From positions 744,001-808,000 of the forward strand of contig CP060755.1 in assembly GCA_023205875.1 (NCBI GenBank): a DNA stretch of 64,000 nucleotides. Reading direction: 5' to 3'. Shown one piece after another: positions 42,451 to 55,795 of this stretch (the first letter of the stretch is position 1; each line of letters opens with the position of its first letter). The position numbers were made by a program, and so were the translations under genes. The DNA comes from Chloropicon primus (lineage: Eukaryota). The notes beneath the pieces were generated by a model, which worked only from the letters and a program-made list of their open reading frames with translations, did not search any database and was not told the DNA's origin.

Positions 42451-44350
42451 CTAGTTCTCGCGCGACAGTCCCTCGTGGAGCCAGCCACCCAGCCATCCCA
42501 GCCAGCGACAGAATCTCATCGACTTCAACCTCTTCCTTCGAGGGTACCGGGAGCTGAACGAATTCTTGCTCGACTTCACGATTCCCATGAGCTCGCAGAA
42601 GACCGTCTCGTAGATTCTCTCCTTGTACGCCTGCATGAGCTTGCCGTCGTTCTTCAAGGCCTCGCTATTTTCTGTTTTGATGTAGAACAAGTGGACTTCT
42701 TTCTGGTCCATGTCCTCGAGCTTGCCCGTCACGTACATCTCTGCCTCGAACACCTCGAGCTCCAGCGAGCAAAGCGCTGTGGTGACGTCGAAGATGACTC
42801 TGGGACGACCTCGGCCCGTGGTGTCCCCCGGCGCGACGACTCGCAATTCCATGCAATCTGCTTTGGACGACGTTTCCAGATCTAGCTGAAAGGGTTGGGC
42901 GATCGCCCCGTAAATCAAGTCCTTGAGCTTCTCCTGCGCTTTCTCGTTCTTGATCTGCCCGCCCCTGGAGTCTTTGACAAAGATGAGAGCCTCGCCTGAG
43001 ACACAGGCGGGCGCGAATGAGGAGGAAGAGGGAAGGAAGTCAGCGCCAAGAGGCGAAGAAAGGGGTCGACCCGACGTCGCGACTTACAAACAGAGTTGTT
43101 CGTGGCGATCCTTCCGTAAGAGGCTTTCAGGCTCACGTCAGACACGAGCCGGAACAGATCGTAGAGCACGCCCTTCCTGTCTGGGCAGATGCACCTCAAG
43201 ATTGTGTTCTCGTTCGAAGTCCAGTTGTCGATCTCCACCGTCGCTTTGCAGTAGCTGTCGTCGTTGTTTTCGGAGAGAGAGGGAGGGGGAGCGAGGTCAG
43301 CGAAGAAGGCCACAGAGAAACCAGGATGCAGGGAAGACAGAGGGAGCTCGCTCACCTCTCGAAGCTCGTCGGGCTCTCTGAAGAGTGCGCTTCGTGCGCG
43401 TGGTGGATGCACGTGTTCGGGCTGGCCAAGAGCGGTTCGGACAAGCTGCTCTGGGACTGAAAAGAGTCGAAGCTCCGCGATCCCTGGTGCTGCTGGTACA
43501 CGGAAGAGTCGAGGCACCTGTTACTCAGCCTGCGCGTCCTCCTGATGGTGGTGTCGTACTCGTCCTGCACGCTCTCCACGGTGACGACGGCGTCCAAATT
43601 TTCCTTGATGGAGTCGATCACGGCCCGGAGGGGGTCCACGGGGTCCAGCCCCTCCACGGCCCTCGCGTCGCTGATGTAAAACTTGTCCACGACCTCCCCG
43701 TCCTCCGTCGTCGTGCACTTGAGCCTGTGAATGGTCGTCTTGAACCCCCAAAAGTTTTTCATTAACCAGTTGATGAGGCCGGGCCTGTCCTTGCACTTCA
43801 CGGTGAGGATGTGGTACGACTCGGTCTTGTGGTAGTTGGAAAACTTTGGCTTGTAGTACAGGGCCCCGAGCGAGTCCGCGGGGCAGATTTTCACCAGCAA
43901 GTCCCTCAGGAGGGCCCAATCCTTGGCCTCCTTCCTCGCGGTGCTCGGGGTCGGCTCGACCTTGAACATGATGAAGCAGTAGCGACCGTCCGTGGAGAAG
44001 TCGCAGGACACGATCCTGAGGCCAAAGTCCACGAACGTCCGGGTCACCATGCACCCGAGGCCTATGGCGTCGCAGCAGCTGATGTAAATCTCCTTGTAGT
44101 CCCTCTGCTTCTCCCCGCCGAGGTCCAGGGCGTCCTGCACCACCACCGTGTCCTGGAGGGGGGACAGGATCGAGCTCCGAGGAGTGTTCCCCCCGCTCGG
44201 CGACGCCATGACGCCCGCCGGGCACCACGGGCTGAGCGGCATCGAGAGGGGCGTCTCGTGCTCCGACACTCGACCCCCCCTGGACCCCGTCGTGTTGAGC
44301 GAAAGGGGAGACCTCAAGACTCCATCCCCTCCTCCCACCAGCAACCCCAT
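42451..44350 (-). CDS. ACT-domain repeat protein ACR9/ACR10-like; introns 43255-43355 and 42996-43087
   Basis: ISCCDAIGLGC...FGLRI...DFSTDGRYCFIMF, CKDRPGL, IDNWTS...CPDRKGVLYD, GRGRPRVIFDVTTAL; both splices keep frame. Confidence 0.88.
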
Positions 44351-44906
44351 CCCTCTCAGCCGTACCAAGAAAGCCCTCGAGACAAAGACAAAGACAAAGA
44401 CAAAGAGAGAGACAAAGAGAGAGAGAGGAGAGAGACTAACCCCCCCTCTCGTCCAGTCACCCAAACGAAGCGCACGCCAAGAGGGAGAAGACAAGACAAC
44501 CACCAGCACCCCCGCGGTCGTTACCCTGAAACCCTCAAAGCGTTACGAAAACGAAAAAAACATGAAGAATTTTAATTTTTTGGTTTAGAAGTTAACGGGC
44601 GATCAACGGCCGAGAGCGAGCGGAGCAGACTCGAGAGGGGCGTGACTTCGTTCGTGACGACCGGGACGAAGGCGAGGGGGAGAGGGACGGGACGGGACGG
44701 AGCCGACCGGTCGATCCTTTCAAAATTGCGTGAGAAAGCGACGCGCCTCGTTTCTTGCTCGGGTTCAGAACAACGACGAGGAACGAGGAGGAACACCTCA
44801 CAGACTGACGGACTTTTTCGTGGCTGCTGGACGCCTCGACCGCGCCGAGGAGGTTGAATTGAATTGAATTGGCTTGGCTTGCGCCTGGTCCGCGCAACGA
44901 ACAACG

Positions 44907-46046
44907 ATGAGGCTCGTCGCGAAGCCGCTCAGCAGCAGCAGCAGAGGAGGAGGAGGAGGAGGAAACGCTCATCAGGAGATTTTGTTTTTGGGCAATGGTC
45001 GTCGTCGTCGTCGTGGCTGCTGCTGCTGCCCCGTGTTGGCGAGGAGGAGGTCCATGACGTCGTGCTCGGCGTCTGCCTCGAGGAAGAGGGCCGCGGCGGC
45101 GTCCGCGCCGGACGTCGCGGACCACGACGCGCTGACAGGTGTCCCGGAGGACGTGGTGACGGCGTCCAGAACCTGCTCGTCTCACATCAAGTACGAGGTG
45201 CTGAAGGGGCCGCTCGTGGAGTTCAGCGAGAGCTCGAGCGTCGAGGTTCCGACCGCCGTGCTCGTGCACGGGATCCTGGGCTCCGGGAGGAACCTGCGCG
45301 GGTTCGCGAGGAAGCTGGCGAGGGAGAACCCGGCCTGGCAGTTTGTCCTGGTCGATCTGAGGTGCCACGGGGGCACCGCGGTGGCCGGCCTGACGTCCGA
45401 CGCGGTGAATTCCGTGGACGGGGCCTCGGAGGACGTGCTGCGCCTCCTCAAGAAGCTCAACCTCTTCCCCAAGATGCTGATCGGCCACTCGTTCGGGGGA
45501 AAGGTCGTGATGAAGATGGTGGACCAGTTCGGTTCCAAGGCCCTCCCGAGGCCGGTGCAGGTTTGGGTCCTGGACACCGTCCCCGGGGACGTGGAGCAGG
45601 ATCCGGATTGCGGAGACCACCCGGGGGACCTGATCGAGAGGCTCCTGAGGTTCCCCCTCCCCATCAGGTCTCCCAACGTTCTGGTGAAGGATCTCATGAG
45701 GGACGGCGTCTCGTTCGAGGTGGCTTCCTGGGTGGCGACGAACTTGTCCATGCACCCCTCCGGCTTGGGGTACTGCTGGACCTTCGATCTCCAGGGCATC
45801 AAGCAGATGTACGAGTCGTACAAGAGCTCGGACCTGTGGAGCGTGGTGGAGTACCCGCCGCAGGGCCTGAGCATCGACTTTGTCAAGGCGGAGAGAAGCA
45901 CCTTCAGGTGGGCCGGGGCGGATCACCACAGGATCGAGAGCACAGGGGCGAGCGTGCACGTGCTGAAGAACGCGGGGCACTGGGTTCACTCCGACAACCC
46001 GGACGGGCTGTTGAGGATCATGCAGTCGTCCTTCAGTGAGCCGTGA
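44907..46046 (+). CDS. Alpha/beta-hydrolase, ABHD11-like, with transit peptide
   Basis: VLVHGILGSGRN, VDLRCHG, nucleophile elbow GHSFGGKV, AGHWVHSDNPDGL. Confidence 0.9.
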   Translation: MRLVAKPLSSSSRGGGGGGNAHQEILFLGNGRRRRRGCCCCPVLARRRSMTSCSASASRKRAAAASAPDVADHDALTGVPEDVVTASRTCSSHIKYEVLKGPLVEFSESSSVEVPTAVLVHGILGSGRNLRGFARKLARENPAWQFVLVDLRCHGGTAVAGLTSDAVNSVDGASEDVLRLLKKLNLFPKMLIGHSFGGKVVMKMVDQFGSKALPRPVQVWVLDTVPGDVEQDPDCGDHPGDLIERLLRFPLPIRSPNVLVKDLMRDGVSFEVASWVATNLSMHPSGLGYCWTFDLQGIKQMYESYKSSDLWSVVEYPPQGLSIDFVKAERSTFRWAGADHHRIESTGASVHVLKNAGHWVHSDNPDGLLRIMQSSFSEP

Positions 46047-46208
46047 GCGCGGCGCCCGGGGGCAGGGGAGGCAGGGGAGGGGGTAAAGTACAATTAAGCT
46101 AACATATGTACAAGGTGATGTGTAATTTAAGGACCAAGACAAGTCGAATCGGGGTCGGGGGGCGCAGAGTAGTGTGCAAGTCGCCCGCGAAAAACGCTTT
46201 CTCTCGCT

Positions 46209-47225
46209 TCACTGCATGGACAGGACGAGGACGATTAAAAGTACAACAAGAATGACTGCAATCATGCACATCCTGTTTCTGGCGGACTTCTGGTGGGACG
46301 CGGCCTTGACGAGCTCCGTCCTCGCTTGTGTGGTGTGTCCGTGGGAGGAGACGATGTTCGACTCGATGTCGTTGACCATGTCCCCCTGCTCGTGGACCAG
46401 GACGGCCAAGTCCTGGAAGATTTCCCCCACCTCCGCGATCTGTCCCTGGATTTCTCGAATGCCCTCCTCCCTCTCCGCTATCAGCACGTCGTGGTGGTCT
46501 ATCTGGTTGTCGAGCAAAAGCTGGCTTTCCATCCTTTCCGCCTCGAGGCTGTCTTCTTGGCTCCTTCCCTGGTCCCCCAAGAGGTCCAGGCCCTGATGCC
46601 CGCTGTTCTTTTGCCTTCGCCTCCCGCCCCTTGGGCTGGCCTCGTTCTGAGGCATCGTCGTGGACATCTTCTCGAGGCACACGCGGTACACCTTCTGAAA
46701 CTCCTTCAGCACCTGCTGGAAGTCCTGAATAAGTTTGGGCGACGTGTTCGCCGAGGCCGTGCCCCCGCTCTTCAAGCTCTCCGAGATCTCCTTCGCGAGC
46801 TCCTTGATGTTCTTCCCGAGCGCGTTTATCTTGAGCCTCTGCTCCTGGGTGTCCCTCCTGGTCCCGAGCAGAGCAACCTGCTTCTGGAACTTGGTCACAC
46901 TCGTGGTGAACTGGAACACCTGGCCCTGAAGGCCCTGCTGCCCACCACTGTTGTTCGCAGACCCGGCGCCGACCCTCTCGGTCATCTGGTTGTAGCCTCC
47001 CGGCCTGTTGCTCGCCACGTCCTGAAACACAAAAAACAAACACAAAAACGAAACACCCTCGAGGTGTCAGTGAGACCTTCTTCCCTCACGGCCCACGAAA
47101 CCGAAACCGAAGGCAAGAAAGGCACGACGGACGGACGGAGAGAGGGACGTCAAACCACGCGACATCGTGGCCTTCGTGGCCGGTACCGCACTTGACAAGA
47201 CGCGAGCACTTACGAGAAAACTCAT
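46209..47225 (-). CDS. Qa-SNARE syntaxin, SYP2/Vam3/Stx7 type; 12-nt first coding exon (MSFL), intron 47022-47213
   Basis: MSFL|DV start; [27 protein letters not shown] motif [44 protein letters not shown]-terminal TM helix. Confidence 0.92.
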
Positions 47226-47725
47226 CCTCCCCCTTCCCTTCCTTCCTCCCAAAAGAAAAAAAAACAAAAACAAAAAAAGTAACCTCCTCCTCCTCCTTCT
47301 CCTTCTCCTCGGAGGCAAGTGCAGTGCAGTGCCTATCCTCGAGCCGAGTGAGGTCCTCGTCCGTTACGTTCCTTCCCTCCTCGTCCTCGTCCTCGTCCTC
47401 GTCCTCCTCAACAAGAGAGAGAGAGAGAGACAAGACAAGACCTCTCGCGCTTCTCTTCGCCTTCCCGTCTCCGCTTTCTCTCTCTCTCTCTCCGTCAGCA
47501 GAGCAGACGAGAGGCTGGGAGCCACGAGTGAGAGGCCGGGCTTTCGCGAGGTTGCAGAGGACGAACCCGGAGAGGGGAGCGGAGGGGAGGTGGAGGAGTC
47601 GAAGCATCGCGTCTTGCTCTTTCCGTAGAGGGGTCGCTCGAAGGAAGAGGCGGTCTGGTGAGGATTGGAGGACCCGAAAGGGATTGCGACGAGAAGAGAG
47701 GGAGGAGAGGGAGGAAGAGGGAGGG

Positions 47726-49306
47726 ATGCTTCTGGGGACGAAGACGTTCGGCGCGTTGCGCCTGAGGACGAAGCAGCGCGTTGGATCTGCGCTGTGCTTG
47801 GCGTCCACTCGGAGGAGGGTGGGGCTCGAGGGTCCGGGCTTTGTGGAGAGGAGCGGGCTTCAAATCCACCACGGCAGGAGGTCTTGGCTTGCTGGGTCCC
47901 AAGACCTGCGCTGCAATGCGACGGTGGTGGAGGCCAGTGACGTGAGTTTGGCGTCAGGGAGCGGCGGGAAGAAGGAGTCCGGGGATCAGGCGGCTGTGTG
48001 GAAGGCCCCGCTGGACTTCAAGTTCATTCGGGACAACGTGGAGGAGGTGGAGGCGAACTGCAGGGACAGGAACGCCTCCGCGGACCCGAGGCTGGTGGCG
48101 GAGCTTTACACCAAGTACTTGGAGAGGAACCAGGAGCTCGCGGAGGCCCAGCAGGCCCGCAACGCGAACGCGAAGAAGCTGAAGGGCAAGATGCCCAAGG
48201 AAGAGAGGGACGTTCTCATCAGCGACGGCAAGGGCCTCAAGGAACAGATCGCAGTCCTCGAGCAGGCCGTGGAAGCCGTCCAGATGGAGCTCCAGAGGGA
48301 GGGGCAGAAGGTGCCCAACATGACCCACCCCGAAGTCCCCGTGGGCGGGGAGGAGCAGTCGACCACGCTCGAGACTGTTGGGGACAAGCCAGATTTTGGC
48401 TTCGCGGTGAGGGACCACCTCGAATTGGGCGAGAAACTTGACCTGATCGACTTTGAGTCCGCCGCGGACGTCACGGGGAGCAAATTTTACTATCTTAGGA
48501 ACGAGGCCGCCCTCCTGGAGCTCGCCCTCGTCAATTACAGCATGAGCAAAGCCGTTTCCAGGGGGTTCGTGCCGATGATTACCCCTGACCTCGTGAGGAC
48601 GGAAGTCCTGGAGAAGTGCGGGTTCCAGCCCAGGGCGGAGAACACCCAGAACTACAGCATCGCGGGCTCGGACCTTTGCTTGACCGGAACGGCCGAGATA
48701 CCTCTGGGGGGCTCCGTGATGAACTCCCTTTTGGAAGAGCCCGCGCTGCCGCTCAAGATGGCGGGCTACGGGAGGTGCTTCAGGACAGAGGCAGGGGCAG
48801 CAGGGGCGGCTTCAAAGGGGTTGTACAGAGTTCACCAATTTAGCAAAGTAGAAATGTTCGTTGTCTGCACGCCTGAGCAGAGCGACCAGCTTCACCAGGA
48901 GCTCATAGACATCGAAATAGAGATGTTCAAGGAGCTTGGGCTGCATTTCAAGGTGATGGACATGGCGAGCCACGACCTTGGCGCGCCGGCGTACAGGAAA
49001 TTTGACATAGAAGCGTGGATGCCGGGAATGGAGAGGTACGGGGAGATATCAAGCGCATCGAACTGCACGGATTATCAGGCGAGGAGGTTGAGCATCAGGT
49101 ACCGCCCCACTGCCAAGCCGGGGAAGAAGAAGCCCAAAAACCTCTTTGTGCACACCCTCAACGCCACTGCCTGCGCCGTCCCAAGGATGATCGTTGCGAT
49201 CCTGGAGAACTTTCAGCAGGAAGATGGCTCGGTCCTCATCCCGGAGGCTCTCCAGCCCTACATGGGAGGCATGAAGAAGATGCAGCCAAAGGAGAAGGAC
49301 AAGTAA
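47726..49306 (+). CDS. serS: Serine-tRNA ligase, chloroplast/mitochondrial
   Basis: Transit peptide, then [36 protein letters not shown]...[43 protein letters not shown]. Confidence 0.96.
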   Translation: MLLGTKTFGALRLRTKQRVGSALCLASTRRRVGLEGPGFVERSGLQIHHGRRSWLAGSQDLRCNATVVEASDVSLASGSGGKKESGDQAAVWKAPLDFKFIRDNVEEVEANCRDRNASADPRLVAELYTKYLERNQELAEAQQARNANAKKLKGKMPKEERDVLISDGKGLKEQIAVLEQAVEAVQMELQREGQKVPNMTHPEVPVGGEEQSTTLETVGDKPDFGFAVRDHLELGEKLDLIDFESAADVTGSKFYYLRNEAALLELALVNYSMSKAVSRGFVPMITPDLVRTEVLEKCGFQPRAENTQNYSIAGSDLCLTGTAEIPLGGSVMNSLLEEPALPLKMAGYGRCFRTEAGAAGAASKGLYRVHQFSKVEMFVVCTPEQSDQLHQELIDIEIEMFKELGLHFKVMDMASHDLGAPAYRKFDIEAWMPGMERYGEISSASNCTDYQARRLSIRYRPTAKPGKKKPKNLFVHTLNATACAVPRMIVAILENFQQEDGSVLIPEALQPYMGGMKKMQPKEKDK

Positions 49307-49390
49307 AGGGTCTTTTTCTTTTGGAAAAGAGTTCTTTGTTGTTGTGAAAATTACAAGGTTAATGATATGTTATCATAGACGGATACACCT

Positions 49391-52259
49391 CTACGCAATT
49401 CCTGCTGGGGTATCACTGAGCTCGACCTTCATGGTCTCAGAGCCGTTCAAGACAGTGATATTTCCCTCAGGGTCGACATCCATGATAATAGAATCCCCTT
49501 CTCTGATGTCCCCGGCCAGCATCTTCTCAGCGAGGCCATCCTCCATGAGTCTCATGATGGCTCTTCTGAGAGGCCTGGCACCGTAAGCTGGGTTGAAGCC
49601 CTCGTCCACAAGTCTATCCTTGAACCTCTCGGTGACATCAAGAGTGATGCCCTTCTCCTCCGTTCTGCTGAAGACGTCCTTCAACATAATGTCGGCGATC
49701 TCCTTGACCTCAGACTTGGTGAGCTGCCTGAACACGATGATCTCGTCCAATCTGTTCAAGAACTCTGGCCTGAAGTACTGCTTCAGCTCCTCGTTCACCA
49801 AGGTCTTAATTCTGTTGTAGGACTGCTCGTCCTGGTCGTCGGTTGGCAGCTGGAAGCCAAGCTGCATGCCACCCTTCTCGATGACACTGCTACCCACGTT
49901 AGAGGTCATGATCAGCAAAACATTCTTGAAGTCCACTGTCCTTCCCTTGGAGTCGGTCAGCCTACCGTCCTCCAAGATCTGAAGCATCATGTTGAACACA
50001 TCTGGATGAGCCTTCTCGATCTCATCGAAGAGGACCACGGTGTATGGCCTTCTGCGGACGGCCTCGGTAAGCTGTCCACCCTCGTTGTATCCCACATAAC
50101 CTGGTGGGGAACCAATGAGCTTGCTCACCGTGTGCCTCTCCATGAACTCAGACATGTCAAGCCTCACCATGGCTTCCTCGGATCCGAAGTAGTAGGAAGC
50201 AAGAGACTTCGCCAGTTCCGACTTGCCAACACCAGTTGGTCCAGAGAAAATGAACGATGCAATAGGCCTGTTGGGGTTCTTCAGGCCAACTCTTGCCCTT
50301 CTGATGGCCTTCGAGATGGCAACCACGGCCTCCTCCTGGCCGATGACCCTGTTGTGGAGGGTATCCTCCATCTTCAAGAGCCTCTCGCTCTCGTCGCTCG
50401 ACACCTTCTCCACTGGGATTCCAGTCCAGCTGGCAACAATGTTGGAGATGTCAGTCTCAGTGACCACCGGTCCTGTCTCGCCAGCAGCCTCATCCTCTGC
50501 CTGGGTCTCGTCCTTGTTCTTCTGGGTGATCGCCTCGATCTGGGCCTTGAGCTCCATCTCTCTGTCCCTGAGCTGGCCAGCCTTCTCAAAGTCCTGCCCC
50601 CTCACCGCGGCGTCCTTCTCCTTGAGAAGGGCCCTGAGCTCCTTGTCGAGCTCCTTGGCCTCCTCTGGAAGCTGGGCGTGTCTCAGCCTAACCCTCGATC
50701 CAGCCTCGTCGATCAGGTCAATCGCCTTGTCGGGCAAGAACCTGTCACTGATGTACTGGTACGAGTACTGGGCGGCAGCCTCGAGGGCCTCGTCAGTGTA
50801 CCTGAGCTTGTGGTGCATCTCGTACCTCTCCCTGAGTCCAGACAAAATCTGAACGGTCTCCTCGACACTTGGCTCCGGGACGTTGACGGGCTGGAACCTT
50901 CTCTCGAGGGCTGGGTCCTTCTCGATATGCTTCCTGTACTCGTCAATGGTGGTGGCACCAATGCACTGGAGCTCTCCTCTGGCGAGGGCCGGCTTGAGGA
51001 TGTTGGCGGCGTCGATGGCACCCTCGGCGGCACCTGCGCCGATGAGCGTGTGCACCTCGTCGATCACGAGAATGATGTCATCGCTCTGCTTGATCTCCTC
51101 CATGAGCTTCTTCAGCCTCTCCTCGAACTCTCCCCTGTACTTGGTACCGGCGACGAGCAGGCCCATGTCCAAAGCAATGACCTGCTTCCCCTCGATGGTC
51201 TCAGGGACGTCTCCCCCGGCGATCATCTGCGCAAGGCCCTCGGCAATGGCAGTCTTACCCACGCCAGGCTCACCGATCAGGCAAGGGTTGTTCTTGGTCC
51301 TCCTTCCCAAGATCTGGGTGACCCTCTGGATCTCGTTGGCCCTTCCGACCACCGGGTCGAGCTTTCCTTCCTGAGCCTGCTTGGTCAGGTTGGTGCCGTA
51401 CTCCTCCAGGGTTGGGAGCTTGGAGTTTCCGGAGGCCCCGACTCCGGCGCCGACCTGCTCCTTCTCCTCTCCCACCATCTTGATGACCTGGGTGCGGATC
51501 TTCGTCGCGTCTGCGCCGAGGTTCTCCAAGACGCGGGCGGCGACACCCTCCCCCTCACGCAGGAGGCCGAGGAGCAGGTGCTCCGTGCCGATGTAGTGGT
51601 GCCCGAGGTGGCGGGCCTCCTCGAGACTGAGCTCCAAAACGCGCTTGGCCCTCGGGGTGAACGGGATCTCCACCGCCACGAACCCGCTGCCCCTGCCGAT
51701 GATCTTCTCCACCTCCACGCGGGCGTCCTTCAAGTTCACGCCCTGGGACTTGAGCACCTTGGCCGCGATGCCAGTTCCCTCGCCGATCATGCCCAGCAGC
51801 AGCTGCTCCGTGCCCACGAAGTTGTGCCCGAGACGGCGAGCCTGTTCTCGTAGTACGATCACGAGCAAGGAGAAAGGGTCAGAGAAGGGCAAGAACGGGA
51901 CTGCTGGGCGGAGGGAGAAGAGCGAAGAGCGAAGAACTTACCTCCTCCTGCGCAAGCATAACGACCTTGATTGCTTTTTCTGTGAACCTCTCGAACATGG
52001 CCTTGGTGACGACCCTGCCGCTCCTTCCCTTCCCGGACGAGGGAGCGGGCGCCCCCGCCGCGACGGACGCGCCGAAGAATCCCGTCACGCTCTGCTTCCT
52101 TCCAAGCCCCGGCGCCACGTTTGTCCTCAAACCAAAGCTCGCCCTCGTCATGGTCGTCGCCGTGGCTCTTGGCATGGCCGTAGTCGCGTGGGTCCTCGCA
52201 TGGACGCCGACGCCGCGCCTTCCCTGGCCAGCTCTTTTCATCGCCGCACTCGTCTTCAT
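49391..52259 (-). CDS. clpC: Chloroplast Clp protease ATP-binding subunit ClpC; intron 51842-51941
   Basis: Transit peptide, [34 protein letters not shown]; Walker A motifs GEPGVGKT and [11 protein letters not shown] domain; LGFQL; GARPLRR. Confidence 0.98.
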
Positions 52260-52821
52260 CCTTCCAACCTCTCCTCACCCTCAGCGCTCAACACACACAC
52301 ACACACACACCAAGACAAGACAAGACGCTCCTCTCTTGCGCGCGCGATCGATCGCGTTCTCCCTCGCCGCAACTCGCTCCTCGCTCGGCTTCCCTCTCCG
52401 CTCCGGAGGAGAAGAGGAGGGCACAAGATCGAAGTGGTAAATCCATCTTAACGGAGGGGGAAAAGGAGTTTCTTTTTGGGGGGGGAAACGTCATCCGAAC
52501 GATTAGAGTAGATTTCCCGTCTTGGACTCGACGTTCTGTTTTGGATAGAGGCCGAGACAAGATAGGGACGAGCGAGGCTTCCGGGCCTCAAGCAGGGGGA
52601 CAGGTGGAAGCTGGATTGTTGTTATGGAGGACGGGACGCTTCCTGTTTCTGTTCGGTCAAGGGGCCTGACCTTTTTTGGTTTGATTGGCACGTGCACTAC
52701 ATTGATCTTACATACACTTTACACTGCTCCCCTCCTCTGAAACACGACCTAAAAAAAAAAAGACAACCAACACCAACCCAGGGTCTCCTCTTGAACCCGG
52801 TGTCCTCAGATCCTCAGATCC

Positions 52822-54741
52822 TCAGACCGGAGCAGAGGTTCCCAAGTGCGCCTGAGCCCTGACGTCCAGAGTTTTCCAGCTCCCCTGCTCCAGGCACCTC
52901 TCCACCTCCCCGAAGAGGATCTTGCAGAAGAGATGCCACGTGTCGGCGTCCATGTCGCTGAACAGGCCCTTGAGCTCCCTGCTCGGCATGTCGCAGCTGA
53001 CGGGCTTGGCCCGAAGCATGTCCGAGGCGTGGGTGTGGTGGCACACGCTCTTGGCCCCGGTGAACTGCCAGGGCGAGGTCTCCACGCCGCACATCGACGA
53101 GTGCCTCCTGGAGATGTTGATCCTGGGGGACCTCGGGGTGCCCGACAAGGGGCTGCTGCTTCCGGCCTCGCACCCCCCGTGGAGGCCCTTGCCCACCCTG
53201 AGGGACTTGAGGGGGCTCACGGGGGAGAAGCCGGGGTACTCCAGAGCCTTCGCGCTCGGCGAGTCCGGGGAGTAGCTGCTCCTGCTGCTCGTCGAGAGCT
53301 GGGCGGGAGACAGGATGTCGTCCATCTCGAACATGCTGTCCTCCATGTCGCTGTCCTCAAAGTACCCCTCGTCGTCGTCGCCGCCGCCGCCGCGGCCTCC
53401 CGACCCCTCCTCGTCCGACTCCCTGAGGCTGTACCTCCTGTTGATCGAGGAGTTGAAAACGGCCTCCTCCTTGGCCAGGATGCAGAGCCTCTCCAGCTCG
53501 CTCTTCTCCTCGTCGAAGCCGGACATGGGGCTCGACATCACGGACCCGATCTCCGCGAGGTTCAGGCCCGCGCGGGCGCACATCTTGAGCAAGGTCGTCG
53601 AGACCTCCAGCAGCCTGAGGGACTGGACCCTGAGCATGGGCAGCTCCCTGTTCAGCATGGCGACGTCGGCCTTGTAGTCCAGCTTCTCGATGTACTCCAG
53701 CTCGCTCTCGGAGAAGGGCATGCTGGCCTGGGGCCAGTGCAGCCACTCAAAGTACACCGTCTCCAGGGTCTCCGGGAGGCAGAAGCCGTGGTCGATGGGG
53801 ACGAGGTCGACCGAGGGGAAGGAAAACGACTTGGACCCCCCTCCGCCGAAGTTCGGAACCGGCGCCCCGGCCTCCACGACCTGGTCCTTCTTGCACACCA
53901 GGATGTTCCCCGAGTGCCTGTCCGTGTTGAACAGCCTGATGTCCAGGATGCCGATCCTGTGGACCGCGTCCACGGGGAACATGGCAGTCCCGACGTCCGA
54001 GGCGTCGTACTGGTGCTCCACGAACTCCTGGATGGACACCAGCTTGGAGCGCTGCCTGGGCTGGCCCTGGTTGTGGTTGAAGACCCCGTGGGTCATCCTC
54101 GCCAGGGAGGTGCACGGCACCTGCGCAAAGTGCTGGTGGTCCAAGAGGTACGCCGCCGCCTCCCTCAGGCCGGCCTCCCCGACCCTCACCGTGGGCTTGA
54201 GCCCCGGGTCGCCGAGCCCCCTTCCCACGAAGCCCTTGGGGTTGTTCGGCGCCAGGGGCTCCTCGTCCGTCGGCTTCACCACCGCGACCTTCTTCCCAGT
54301 GTCGCTCTTGAACACGTAGCACCCGCCGAGGCCGTCCGTGAGGCACTCGGGCTCCACGCCGCTCTCGAACCCCCTGGTGATCTCCTGCACCATGCCCCTG
54401 AGCTTGGCCCTCGACTGGTACTGGCAGAGCGACTTGATGGAGGGCCGGATCCCCACCGCCGGCGGGGACGGGCTCCTCGACCTCGCCAACGCGCCAGGGC
54501 TGCAGTAGCTCCCGTCCTTTAAGCTGCAGTTGTTGCTGAAGCAGTTGGCGAGGTCGTCCTTCTCCGGGCTCGCGGGGGAGCTCAGGCACTCCGCCGAGGC
54601 GCTCCTCTTGTGCTTCAGCCCGTCGTGCTTGAGAAGAACCGGCACGTTGAAGCTCGCCACGTCCCTGTCCACGGTCAGGGTCAGGACCCCGTTGTCCGTC
54701 TGCACCAGAAGCTCGTTGTCCATTCTATTGTCCACCAACAT
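52822..54741 (-). CDS. Type II phosphatidylinositol 4-kinase gamma-like protein (no N-terminal ubiquitin-like domains)
   Basis: GLGGCYVF, VKPTDEEPLAPNNPKG, REAAAYLLDH, VHRIGILDIRLFNTDRHSGNIL, PIDHGFCLP, FEWLHWPQAS. Confidence 0.92.
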   Translation of the reverse strand: MLVDNRMDNELLVQTDNGVLTLTVDRDVASFNVPVLLKHDGLKHKRSASAECLSSPASPEKDDLANCFSNNCSLKDGSYCSPGALARSRSPSPPAVGIRPSIKSLCQYQSRAKLRGMVQEITRGFESGVEPECLTDGLGGCYVFKSDTGKKVAVVKPTDEEPLAPNNPKGFVGRGLGDPGLKPTVRVGEAGLREAAAYLLDHQHFAQVPCTSLARMTHGVFNHNQGQPRQRSKLVSIQEFVEHQYDASDVGTAMFPVDAVHRIGILDIRLFNTDRHSGNILVCKKDQVVEAGAPVPNFGGGGSKSFSFPSVDLVPIDHGFCLPETLETVYFEWLHWPQASMPFSESELEYIEKLDYKADVAMLNRELPMLRVQSLRLLEVSTTLLKMCARAGLNLAEIGSVMSSPMSGFDEEKSELERLCILAKEEAVFNSSINRRYSLRESDEEGSGGRGGGGDDDEGYFEDSDMEDSMFEMDDILSPAQLSTSSRSSYSPDSPSAKALEYPGFSPVSPLKSLRVGKGLHGGCEAGSSSPLSGTPRSPRINISRRHSSMCGVETSPWQFTGAKSVCHHTHASDMLRAKPVSCDMPSRELKGLFSDMDADTWHLFCKILFGEVERCLEQGSWKTLDVRAQAHLGTSAPV

Positions 54742-55795
54742 TTTTCTTCTTCTTCCAGCACACCGCGTTGGTTCCTTCTTCTTCTCCTTCTTCTTCTAAC
54801 AAGAGCGAGCCGGCAAGTTGTTCGTCCGCTCTCGCTTCTTCTTGCGGGCGAACGCTTTCCCTTCTACTCGCTCGCCCTCTCCTAAAAAAAACTATTCCTT
54901 CGCTCGAACGAAGCTTCCAAATTCTTCTTCCACCTTCTCTTTGCGTGTCACATGCTATAGCTCATGGGCCCGTCCGTCGCTCCCTTCTCCTCTCCTCTCC
55001 TCTAACCGATCAATCCCTAGCGATCAGATCAGTTACCATGCGCGCGAGCACGAGAGTCGCGAACACGAGCTCCGCCTCGAGCTCAACCCTCGTCCCACCT
55101 TTGCTCTTCCTCTCAGGTTCAGCGAACCGACGAGAAAGAAGAAAAACGAACCGCGCACCGCACCGCTCCGCGCGAGAAAGAAAACAAGCGAGCGCGCACC
55201 CTCCTCGAAACGAGAAAAAAAAAGGCCCACGACTCGGTCGTCGACCCTCCCTCGCTTCGTCCGAGCGCCAGGTCGCGCTCCTCCGCTCGCCCCTTCCCTT
55301 CCTCTTTCTCTTTTTTCCCTTCCTCGTGTGCTACTGCCTCGCGTCACTCACTCGAGCCGAGCGAGGGGGGAGACGAAGCTCGTTGAAATCGACTATCCAA
55401 AATCATCGAAGGAGGAGGAGGAGGCACGTGGGCGTGAGGTGCTAAGACCGAGGTGCTACAGGGGGGAAGAAGGTGTGGATAGAGCCAAGAGAGAATCCAT
55501 CCTTCTCAGGAGAGAAGAGCCTCAAGGTGGTTTTCCGTTTGAGCTAAGCTAATGGGCCCATTACGACACGTGTCTTTTGTTATTCTAATTGTTTTTTGAA
55601 GAACAAGACAAGACAAGATCTTCTTCTTCCTCCTTATTTGGACAAAGACCTGAAAAGAAGGGCTTGTCTTGACGATGAATCTTGACGAGATGATCGATGC
55701 TTAACACCTGCTTTTACTACAAACAACGTCTTCTTCCTAGTTTATTTCTTCTTCTTCTTCTTCCTGATGATCTGATCCTCCTCCACCTCACTCCC

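Noticed and set aside
50006..51853. Long antisense ORFs (615 aa here; also 250-1233, 14348-15967, 20542-22665, 52846-54522, 56318-57952, 59022-60674)
   Set aside because: Shadow frames opposite well-conserved genes; strong GC3 codon bias removes antisense stops, and the translations show no recognisable motifs.
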